Below are positions 26,722-35,500 of a stretch of DNA of 64,000 bases, piece by piece (position 1 is the first letter of the stretch; every line of letters starts with the position of its first letter). Below the pieces are notes generated by a model. That model was not told where the DNA came from, did not search any database, and saw nothing but the letters and a program-made list of their open reading frames with translations. Source of the stretch: Candidatus Latescibacterota bacterium. Lineage in GTDB: Bacteria > Latescibacterota > UBA2968 > GCA-2709665. The stretch spans positions 4,608,001 to 4,672,000 of the forward strand of contig CBDCOX010000002.1 of NCBI GenBank assembly GCA_965219995.1, given 5' to 3'. Both the position numbers and the translations under genes were made by a program.

Positions 26722-28501
26722 GGAGGAAGAAGCCGGGATATGGCCCGATGGGCTGCTGGTGGCAGGCCGCGCGGATACCAGCGTTACCATTACGGGTCTG
26801 ACCAACGATCAGAGGTATCACGTGCGCGTGCGAACGGTGAACGACGAGGGGGGCAGTCCGTGGTCGGCGCCGGTCGGCGGGGTGCCCGCGATGGGCCCCG
26901 GACCGCGCGGCGAGTTGCGCGACCAGACGGCGCTCATCGGCCGCGACTTGGAAATAAGCCTCGCCAGCCTGTTCACTCGGCCCGCGCGGGGGACGTGGAC
27001 CTATGACGCGACGTCGTCCAACGAGGGGGTGGCCACGGTCACAGTGTCGGATACACTGGCGGTCGTACGCGGCGTTGCTGCAGGACGCACGACCATCACC
27101 GCCACGGCAGCCAACGCGTATGGGAACAGCGCCAAGACTACCTTCGACGTCGTGGTCACGACACCCCCTGACCCGCCGCCAACTCCCCCGCCTCCGCCTC
27201 CTCCGCCACGACAACCGCCACCTCCCCCCCGGCCGCCACCTACGGCCATTGTCGTTGTCTGCGGCCGTACCGCACAGGTCCGTGATGCGATCGTGGCGGC
27301 GGCTGGAGTAACCGATTGCGCAGCGGTCACAGCCGTTCAACTGTCGGCAATATCAGAACTTCGTCTGAGTGACAAGAACATCTCAACATTGACGGCGAGC
27401 GATTTTTCCAACCTGACATCCGTGAAGAAACTCCATCTGGTCGATAATAACCTCGAGACCCTGGCTACGGATCTTTTCGACGAACTGACAGCGTTGGAAG
27501 AACTCTATCTGGGACGCAACCGGCTCACGACGTTACCAGAGAATCTCTTTGCCAATGTGTCAACGTTAAGGAAAATCAGTCTGCGTGAGAACATCATCAG
27601 CACGCTGCCGGCGAACCTCTTTTCCAATCCGTCACCGCTGAAAGAGCTCTATCTGACGCACAACGACCTTACGAGTGTGAATGGGGCGACATTTTCCGGC
27701 CTGGCCGCGCTGGAGAAACTCGCGCTAAATCAGAACAACCTCCATACGGGATCTTTCCCGGCGGGCTTTTTCGCGGGCCTGCCTGCGCTGAAATCACTCT
27801 GGCTGAGCGGCAATCGCTTTCCCGGCCTTACAGCGGACTTCTTCTCGAGCCTGACCGGGCTGGAGGAGCTTTATCTGCCAGGTGTCGGCCTTACCACGCT
27901 GCCGGCGAATCTCCTCTCGAATCTGGTCTCGCTCGAAGTTCTCAGCCTGTCACACAATGAATTGTCCAGCGTGAGTGCAACAGCTTTCTCCGGGCTGACA
28001 TCACTTGAAGAACTTTGGGTTGACTTCTCCGAACTTGAGTCAGACGATCTTCCGTCAGGAGTTTTTTCAAGCCTGTCATCGCTGCGATTTCTGTCACTCA
28101 GGGGTAACGGGCTGCAGAGCCTGCCGGCGGGGGTGTTTTCAGGGCTGACCGCTCTGACAAGACTTGACCTTACCGACAATCCGACTGACCCCTTGCCCAT
28201 TGCGATATCACTGGAACGGGTGGCCACCGGTCAATTCAAGGCCATGGCGCACACAGGTGCGCCATTTGATATGACGCTTCCACTCCAGGTGGTCAACGGT
28301 ACGATCAGCGGCGGTGCAACCAGCATTTTTATTCCCCGTGGTGGACCGGAAAGCGACGTACTCACCGTGAACCGCACCACTGGAACGACCGCTGCCGTGA
28401 CAGTCGACATCGCCTCGTTGCCGTCGCCGCCGTCGAACTACACGGGTCTGACACTGGTCAAGTCCGCCGATTTGCCGCTGCAGGTTATCGCGGCGGAATG
28501 A
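26672..28501 (+). CDS. FN3 (N-truncated) + Ig-like + Pro-rich linker + 24-aa LRR array protein; 3' part of the disrupted gene
   Basis: FN3 remnant (GYEV...TITGLTN...YHVRVRTVN.EG.SPWS), Cys cap VCGRTAQVRDAIV...C..VT, about 11-12 repeats of LxxLxLxxNxLxxLPxxxFxxL; no signal peptide of its own. Confidence 0.8.
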   Translation: MDEDGKPPVSGYEVGHKEEEAGIWPDGLLVAGRADTSVTITGLTNDQRYHVRVRTVNDEGGSPWSAPVGGVPAMGPGPRGELRDQTALIGRDLEISLASLFTRPARGTWTYDATSSNEGVATVTVSDTLAVVRGVAAGRTTITATAANAYGNSAKTTFDVVVTTPPDPPPTPPPPPPPPRQPPPPPRPPPTAIVVVCGRTAQVRDAIVAAAGVTDCAAVTAVQLSAISELRLSDKNISTLTASDFSNLTSVKKLHLVDNNLETLATDLFDELTALEELYLGRNRLTTLPENLFANVSTLRKISLRENIISTLPANLFSNPSPLKELYLTHNDLTSVNGATFSGLAALEKLALNQNNLHTGSFPAGFFAGLPALKSLWLSGNRFPGLTADFFSSLTGLEELYLPGVGLTTLPANLLSNLVSLEVLSLSHNELSSVSATAFSGLTSLEELWVDFSELESDDLPSGVFSSLSSLRFLSLRGNGLQSLPAGVFSGLTALTRLDLTDNPTDPLPIAISLERVATGQFKAMAHTGAPFDMTLPLQVVNGTISGGATSIFIPRGGPESDVLTVNRTTGTTAAVTVDIASLPSPPSNYTGLTLVKSADLPLQVIAAE

Positions 28502-28571
28502 AGGCTTGCCATGCCGCGAATTGCCAGTTCGCGGTACCTCTTCGCCCTCCACGCGAAGGACCGGTCTGAAG

Positions 28572-28596
28572 GTGGGGCGGACATTCCTGTCTGCCC
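28572..28596 (+). repeat. REP-like palindrome family GTGGGGCAGACATTCCTGTCTGCCC
   Basis: Copies at about 14871-14890, 28572-28596, 31016-31039 (-), 31895-31919 (-), 48801-48825 and 49253-49276; all intergenic. Confidence 0.8.
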
Positions 28597-28715
28597 GCGT
28601 CGATGCCGGCGAAGTCTCCGCGCACATGTGTTTGCCGCACTAAAACGTCAGTGACAATCGTGAAGACGGGAGAATCTTCGCTGCGCTCAGAATGACATGC
28701 TGGGCGATGACCATT

Positions 28716-28868
28716 GACCGGGCCGTCTCCTCGCTCGACCTCCTGCCAGATCAGCCACTCACCATACAGGTCTTCGGTACGGATATCCAGAATGCGGAGG
28801 GTATTTCCGTCCGTTTGCGTTTCGACGAATCCCGGGTCGCGTACGAGGGATTCGATCCGGGCGACGCA
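28716..28868 (+). pseudogene. 153-bp duplicated fragment of the cohesin-like domain
   Basis: Colinear with 26242-26394 (DRAVSSLDLLPDQPLTIQVFG...FDPGDA). Confidence 0.8.
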
Positions 28869-28920
28869 ATAGAGACAGGCTCACCAACCTGACGATACTC
28901 ATCCCCTCGTGCCCTTCCGG

Positions 28921-30690
28921 TCACAGGTCGACCCTGACCTTCCCTTCGAACGCGGGGACGGATTCCCACCGCTGAACCACGTCGCGTCCGTCGTCTTCGA
29001 ACACGGCGAGTTCCATGTCCACGTCCGCCTTGCCGTCGAGATCGAGGGTAACCGCCCCGCCGTCGGGCGAGGTCGCGGCCGCGATCCAGGACTCGTCCCG
29101 CGCGCGGGTATACTCGGCAGCCTCGTCGTGGCTCACGCCCCGGACGTCGAACCGGTCCGTCCGCTGCGATACCATTGACAGCCACCGGTCAATTTCGTCC
29201 AGGGTGAGCACGCCGAACTTCTGCTCGTGAGTCGTAATCTCCGAAAAGAACCCGCTGTCCAGCGCAAGTCGGACCGAACCGGCCGCCCGGTCCGCCGCCT
29301 TGTCCATGTCGTTGGTCGGATTGTCGCCGGCCCAGGTCGTACAGCCCGTCAGCACGTCAGGCTCTACGAGGTGGCGAGGGAGCATGGCGCCGATGTTGTA
29401 CATCTCCGGGTCTTCGGGGATATAGTCGTAGAACAGGCTGTTGAGACCGTACGGCCACCAGTTGGGAAACAGCCGCTCCCACTTCACCTGTCCCAGGTGA
29501 TAGGTCGAATAGACGAACGTCCGCCCCCGCGACTTCAGATACGGCAGGACGCGAACGCCCACTTCGCCCCAGTGGAACGCAGCCCGCCGCGGCGGCCTCA
29601 AGCCGCGTTCGTCGTACCATTGGTCCACGCGCTCGAAGATCCCCTTCAACTCCCTGTCGCTGTACTCTCCGATGCCGAAATCGAACGGAATCAGCTTGTA
29701 ATAATCGAAGGCATGCGCATCCCATTCCACCTGACCGGCCATGAAGCGTTCGCGCATATACGGCACCACCTCATCCGGCACGAGGTCCAGGAAGCAGGAG
29801 ACCATCGGCCGGTAACCGTGCCGGTTCATCACCCCTGTATAGCGAAAGTCGTGGCGACCCCGGCCGTCGTCCACCCGTATGGTCACGTACGGCGGCATCA
29901 TCTGCGCGACAAACGGTTTGCGCGCCGCCCAGACGATCGCGCGCCAGAAGAAGGCGTCCAGCCCCATCGCGTGGCCCAGAAAATCTCCGTGCCAGATGCG
30001 GGTAGAACAGGCGAACTGGACCGCGCGGCCGTTGCCGCAGACCCCGGCCAGCACCGCGGGAAACTGATCGGGTTCGTAGGCCGTGGCGGGGACGTTGTGG
30101 CGCGAGAAAATGAGCTGGTCCTTGCCCATGGCAGCCTGCGCCAGTTCCACGACGTGCCGCCCGACGCGCCTGATCTGCGCGATGGTCACGGGCCGTTTCA
30201 GCCGGACCATACTGCCGCCCTGTTGCGTCCAGTTGATGAAATGGTCGTCGTCCCCGATGCGGAGCAGGTCGGAGGCCATCGGGATCCGGTCGACTTCAAT
30301 TCCGAAGAGACGCAGCAGGGGCGGCTTGTAGAGCCTCAGTTCGCCGTCGAAATTGACCAGGCCCAGACCGTCTTCCTCCACGGCCGAAGCGAGCCGTTCC
30401 GTATCCGCCAACGAGAGGGCATCGCCCAGGCGGGCCTGGGCGATAACCGCAGCGGCGCAGTTCTCGAGCAGGTCGGGCGCCAGCGGCCCCTCCGCGAGGT
30501 CGTGGATCCTGAACGGGAATCCGAAGTGCTGAAGCGCCACCAGCACGGTCTGGTCCACGATGCTCGTGTCCGTAAAGCTGCCCCGGCTGTCCACCAGCAC
30601 CAGCAAGGCCCTGTTTCCCGTGCTCTCACGCCGGGGGCGCTGCACCATCTGTCGCGGTGAGAATCCCATCAGACGTCCTCTGGATGACAA
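28921..30690 (-). CDS. Hypothetical protein, possibly with a NodB/polysaccharide-deacetylase-like barrel (start may be 30669 or 30648)
   Basis: Long ORF; VTIRVDDG motif plus later H residues (DAHAF, TTHE) suggest a deacetylase-like fold; weak. Confidence 0.55.
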   Translation of the reverse strand: MSSRGRLMGFSPRQMVQRPRRESTGNRALLVLVDSRGSFTDTSIVDQTVLVALQHFGFPFRIHDLAEGPLAPDLLENCAAAVIAQARLGDALSLADTERLASAVEEDGLGLVNFDGELRLYKPPLLRLFGIEVDRIPMASDLLRIGDDDHFINWTQQGGSMVRLKRPVTIAQIRRVGRHVVELAQAAMGKDQLIFSRHNVPATAYEPDQFPAVLAGVCGNGRAVQFACSTRIWHGDFLGHAMGLDAFFWRAIVWAARKPFVAQMMPPYVTIRVDDGRGRHDFRYTGVMNRHGYRPMVSCFLDLVPDEVVPYMRERFMAGQVEWDAHAFDYYKLIPFDFGIGEYSDRELKGIFERVDQWYDERGLRPPRRAAFHWGEVGVRVLPYLKSRGRTFVYSTYHLGQVKWERLFPNWWPYGLNSLFYDYIPEDPEMYNIGAMLPRHLVEPDVLTGCTTWAGDNPTNDMDKAADRAAGSVRLALDSGFFSEITTHEQKFGVLTLDEIDRWLSMVSQRTDRFDVRGVSHDEAAEYTRARDESWIAAATSPDGGAVTLDLDGKADVDMELAVFEDDGRDVVQRWESVPAFEGKVRVDL

Positions 30691-30725
30691 CTACCATCCT
30701 GTCTACGATTACGTGCCGCCTCTAT

Positions 30726-30885
30726 CAGTCCGTTGAAAAAGTCGCTCTGCAGGCGAGGCCGAGTCATTGTGGCCGAAGACAAGGCGTTCGACCGACGCGA
30801 ATCCCTGGATTCGGGGAGGGAGCGCAACGCAGTAACCCGGCCACAAGGGCCGGACGCAGCCCGGATGGACTTTTTCAACGGGCTG
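30726..30885. mobile_element. 160-bp MITE with 18-bp terminal inverted repeats and a CTAT target-site duplication
   Basis: CAGTCCGTTGAAAAAGTC ... GACTTTTTCAACGGGCTG (17/18 match), flanked by CTAT at 30722-30725 and 30886-30889. Confidence 0.8.
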
Positions 30886-30927
30886 CTATGGGCAATCTCA
30901 ATGCCTAGCGCTCGTGGACAATCCAGT

Positions 30928-31000
30928 GCTGCAGTAGATCCTTCGTCAGCCGGCCTGCCAATGATTCGCTGTCAGGCAGGTCGGCTTCCTCAGGATGACA
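30928..31000 (-). repeat. TGTCATCCTGAG...AAGGATCT repeat family
   Basis: Reverse complement of about 48840-48912 and 49292-49365; related ends at about 28675-28697 and 49614-49628. Confidence 0.75.
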
Positions 31001-31298
31001 GGTTCAGCGAAGGTCGGCAGACAGGAATGTCTGCCCCACCTTGAGAAACGACACCTGTGAGTCTGGACCCACGCGCGGTGGTCGTGTTTCAACGATGAAT
31101 CGTTGACGCAGATTGCCGGAATGCTATACGACATCCAATGTGGCTGTCGCACTGCCGGAATCTTGCCGAAGGGGAGAATCTCTTGGCGGGAAAGTGTGTA
31201 GGGAAACCTGACTGTGTTGGGATGGCGTCCGGCGAATTCACGACACCTGCACCTCGTTGTCAGCCGCAACCGTTGGTGATTGAGGAAAACGACCGCTG

Positions 31299-31499
31299 TC
31301 AGACCGTCTCGAACTGCAGCGTAGAAAGATTCAGAGTGGATGAGCGTTTCGAGAGATGGAGCATCTCCACGCCTACCACTTCGTTGGACGCGTTGTAGTC
31401 GAGTACAACTCCCGGTGAGACCTCCTCAGACTCGATTATGGGAGAATCGTCGAGGCGCAGATAGAGAGCATCGGCTTCCTTGTCTACGTTCAGTTTCAT
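31299..31499 (-). CDS. DUF2283-like small protein (putative antitoxin)
   Basis: MKLNVDKEADALYLRL...ESEEVSPGVVLDY...VVGVEML; ATGA overlap with the upstream gene. Confidence 0.8.
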   Translation of the reverse strand: MKLNVDKEADALYLRLDDSPIIESEEVSPGVVLDYNASNEVVGVEMLHLSKRSSTLNLSTLQFETV

Positions 31500-31747
31500 A
31501 TTCTTCCTTTCATGCCACGATCGAAGAATACGCTCACCACTCGCCATGGAACAGCGTGAGTGTTAACGGCCACCCGCAGCACGCGGTCAGAGTGTTCGGG
31601 TATGGGGCGAAAGAACCGTTCCACCTCAGGGTCATCAGGATCCTGCGAGCGCATAGCGGGATCAGCCACAGCCCTTTCAATCCACTCCGGAGGAATCATC
31701 CGTTCGGCCATTACGTGACGGGCGTGCCGAGTGTATTCGAGAGTCAT
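31496..31747 (-). CDS. DUF4258-like small protein (putative RelE-fold toxin)
   Basis: YTRHARHVMAERMI...IERAV..P...RVLRVAV...VVSVFFDR; coupled to the DUF2283-like gene. Confidence 0.75.
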   Translation of the reverse strand: MTLEYTRHARHVMAERMIPPEWIERAVADPAMRSQDPDDPEVERFFRPIPEHSDRVLRVAVNTHAVPWRVVSVFFDRGMKGRI

Positions 31748-31921
31748 GGATTATTCGGCATCCGCAACGGAATCATGAAACAGCGCCCGCGAGAAGTTGA
31801 TCCTCTGCCGTATTGTTATTCAGTTTAAAAATGCTCCTTATCGATGATTTTAGCAAGGGGAAAAGTGTGGAGCAGGGAGGATACCATGGGACGTGGGCAG
31901 ACAGGAATGTCCGCCCCGCCT

Positions 31922-32545
31922 TTACTTCAGAACTCGACGGATTTCGGTTTCCGGGACGCGGCCCGGCCGGAGGATTTCGGGGATGCCGCGTGTGACGTCG
32001 ACGAGGGTGGAGGGGCGCGGATCGCCGGAAGGGCCGCCGTCCAGGATGAGATCGACGTCGCGGCCGAGGACTTCGGCGGCTTCCAGCGCGCTTCGAACGG
32101 GAGGCAGGCCGGAGCGGTTGGCGCTGGTGCTGGTGATCGGTCCGCCCGCATGGCGAAGCAAGGCGCCGGCAAGCCGCGCGTCGGACGTGCGAAGCGCCAG
32201 CGTGGACGTGGATCCGAGCAGGTGCTTCGGGAGGTCGGGCGACGCGGGGAACACGAGGGTGAGCGGCCCGGGCCAGAAGGCGTCGATCAGGACTTCGGCG
32301 GCCCGTGGAACGTGAGCGACAAGCGCGTCCAGGTCCTGCCTGCCCCTGACGAGCAGGATCAGGCCTTTCTCCGCTTCCCTGCCCTTGAGGTTAAAGATAC
32401 GTTCGAAAGCGGACCGGTCGAACGGGTCTGCGCCCAGGCCGTAGACGGTCTCCGTCGGGTAGACGACAACGCCGCCCGTCCGGATCCGGTCGGCAGTCTG
32501 AATGATGCCCGGCTCGTCGGCCGTGAGGATGGGCGCCCGTCCCAT
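31922..32545 (-). CDS. tsaC: L-threonylcarbamoyladenylate synthase (TsaC/YrdC/Sua5)
   Basis: VVVYPTETVYGLGAD, LKGR, FWPGPLTLV, TSTSANRSG, PSTLVD. Confidence 0.92.
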   Translation of the reverse strand: MGRAPILTADEPGIIQTADRIRTGGVVVYPTETVYGLGADPFDRSAFERIFNLKGREAEKGLILLVRGRQDLDALVAHVPRAAEVLIDAFWPGPLTLVFPASPDLPKHLLGSTSTLALRTSDARLAGALLRHAGGPITSTSANRSGLPPVRSALEAAEVLGRDVDLILDGGPSGDPRPSTLVDVTRGIPEILRPGRVPETEIRRVLK

Positions 32546-32547
32546 AG

Positions 32548-35500
32548 TTAAAACCGGCTTCCCGGCCGGAAACGGGTCGATGGAGGGGTTCGTTCGAAGG
32601 CGTTGACGAAGGCGATGAAGTCTCCGAATCCGACCGTTCCGTTGCCGTCGAGATCAAAACGCATATCGGCGGTTCCGTAGGCCCGGGCGAAGAGGATGAA
32701 GTCTGCAAAGTCAACCGCGCCGTCGCCGTTGAAGTCGGCCGCGCCGTCCGCAGGCGGGGGCGGTGGAGGCGGCGGTGGAGGGTCCGGCGGCGACTCGCGG
32801 TGGTATTCCGGGGGGAATTCAACGGTGAGTTGCAGGATGCTGTTGTTGTTCGTGTCGGCAATGTAGACCCCGCCATCCGGATCGGTTGCGAGACCCGACG
32901 GTGAATTCAGCGACGTTTCCGTACCGGGGCCATCGGCCCGATTGAATTCAGGCGTCCCCGTTCCCGCCACGGTCTGTATGATGCCCAGGTTCAGGTCCAG
33001 AACCCGTATGCGGTGGTTGCCGGTGTCCGCGATGTAAAGGTATCCATTGTTGTCCACGGCAACGTCTACGGGGCCGTTGAGGATCGCCGTGGCCCCCGGC
33101 CCGCCGTCGCCGGAATATCCGGCCTCTCCGGTTCCGGCCACCGTGGTGATGACGCCCTCGGTGTCCACCATCCGGATCCGATGGTTTTCGGTATCTGCTA
33201 TGAACAGGCGGCCGCCGCCGTCCGCCGCAACACCCTGGGGCGCGTTCAGCGCCGCCGCTGTGGCCTGGTCTCCGTCACCCGCGTATCCCGCCTCGAAGCT
33301 TCCCGCTACGGTGGAAATGATGCCGCCGGCGCCCACCTTGCGGACCCGGTGGTTGAAGCGCTCCGCAATCCAGACGTTACCCAGCGGGTCCGACGCGATG
33401 CCCACGGGGCCCGACAGGTTCGCGTCCACGGCCGCGCGTCCGTCGCCGCCGTAACCGGGAATATCCCTTCCTGCGAAGGCGACGATATTCTCGCTCGCCA
33501 GGTCAAACCGGCGGACGATATGGCCGCTCAGTTCGCCTATGATGAGATCACCTCCGGGGAGGAGCGCGAGGCCCCGGGGATCGCCGAGACTGGCCTCGAC
33601 GGCCGGTCCTCCGGTACCGATGGAAATCCCGATTCCGTCACCGGCGATCGTGTTGATCGTCCCGTCCGCGCCAACCCTTCGCACCCGGTTGTTGCCCGAA
33701 TCGGCAACGTAAAGGACGCCGGCCGCCGTGACCGAGACGCCTCGAGGGCCGTTCAGAAACGCCTGGACCGCAGGGCCGCCGTCACCTCCGAAACCGCCCT
33801 GGCTTCCGCCTGTACCTGCAAGCGTACGGATTGACGTATGGTCCGGTCCGATGGGCGGCAGGAGAGAAATCCTGACCTCTCCGGGCGGGAGGTTCCCGAA
33901 CCGCGCGGTTGCGGAAACATCGCCCGGCGTCGTCCCGGCCTGAAAGAGGACGGATGCGAGTCCGTCCCGCACCATCGCCGTATCGCCGCCCACGAAAGCG
34001 CCGTCGCCGGACGAGACGTTGAATACAAGGCGCCGGTTGTTGACGAGCGCGACTTCGTTCCTGGCGTCCAGGATCCGGGCGCGTAATCGGGTCTGCGCCT
34101 CGCCGTTGGCGGCCAGCAACGGTACAACGGCATCCAGCGCAACGCGTACCGGCGGAGGCGGCGCCGTTTCGGTCAGGTCCAGGACGGTGTTTGCCGGGAT
34201 GTTCCTGAGCCGCTGTGCGATACCCGACGGCCACCTGACGGTCAGGGTATCGACACGGTCTGCGTCGCCCAGTCCGAAGGCGGCGGTAAGGGCGTCCTGC
34301 GACAGGTACGAGGCGCCGCCCGTAATCTCGCGGATCGCGGACGTGCCGTCGAAGGCAATTTCCAGCCGCGTACCGATCGCGTCCGAACTGCTCCGGGTTG
34401 CCCGCGGACGAACGGCCAGCCAGTTTCCGTTGAATTCCTGGTTAAGGAAGAGACGGTCCGCGCCATCCTGCACGGCCAGGAAGATATCCAGCCCGCCGTC
34501 GCCGTCGAAGTCCGCCAGGGCCACGCCGCGGCTGTTGGCGCCCACGGCAACGCGGAAGGACTCCGCCACGTCGTTGAATGTGCCGCCATCGTTTCGGAAC
34601 AGGTTGTTTTTCTCGCCCGCGTTGGAGACGTAAAGATCCAGATCGCCGTCGTTATCGAAATCGCCCCACACGGCGCCCCTGCTGTCCACGGTATCCGGGC
34701 CCGCCACGTTGAAGCTGCTGCTGGCTTCCTCGAACTGTCCGCCGGTATTGACGTAGAGGCGGTTCCCTTCGCCGAAGTAGGTCACGTAAAGATCCATGTC
34801 CATGTCGTTGTCGAAGTCGCCCCAACTTGCGCCGAAACTGGGACCGCCCAGGCCCAGTTCCTCCAGTCCCGCATCGGACGCCGCATCCACAAAGGTACCG
34901 CCGTCGTTTCGGAAGAGTCGATTCGGTCCGCTGTTGGCAAGAAAGAGGTCCGCGTCTCCATCGCCGTCGTAATCCGCCCACGCCGGCTGCAGGCTGCTGT
35001 TGGCGTCTTCCAGACCGGTTGCTGCCGCGGATTCGACGAAGCGGCCGCCCTCGTTGCGATAGAAGCGGTTTTCTCCGAAGTTGGCCACGTAGAGGTCGGG
35101 GTCGCCATCTCCCTCCACGTCGGCCCACGCCGCGCCGTACCCGTCTCCGGCGTCATCCACGCCAACCTGTGCGGCGATTTCGGTGAACACGCTGCCGTCG
35201 TTGCGGTAGAGCCGGTTGGGTTGACCGAAGTTTGTGACGTAGAGGTCCAGGTCGCCGTCGCCATCGTGGTCCGCCCACGCCGCCGCGCTTCCGTCGCCTT
35301 CATCCGCCACGCCCGCCCTTCGGGCAAGCTCCGTAAAGCCGTCGCCGTCGTTCCGGTAAAGCAGATTGGCCTGCAGGCTGCGCACCACGTAGAGGTCGGG
35401 GTCGCCGTCTCCGTCGTAATCCGCCCAGGCGGCGCCGAAGCTGGCGCCCTGGTCCGACACGCCGCGGTCGCCAGCTACGTCGAGGAATCCGCCGGGCATG

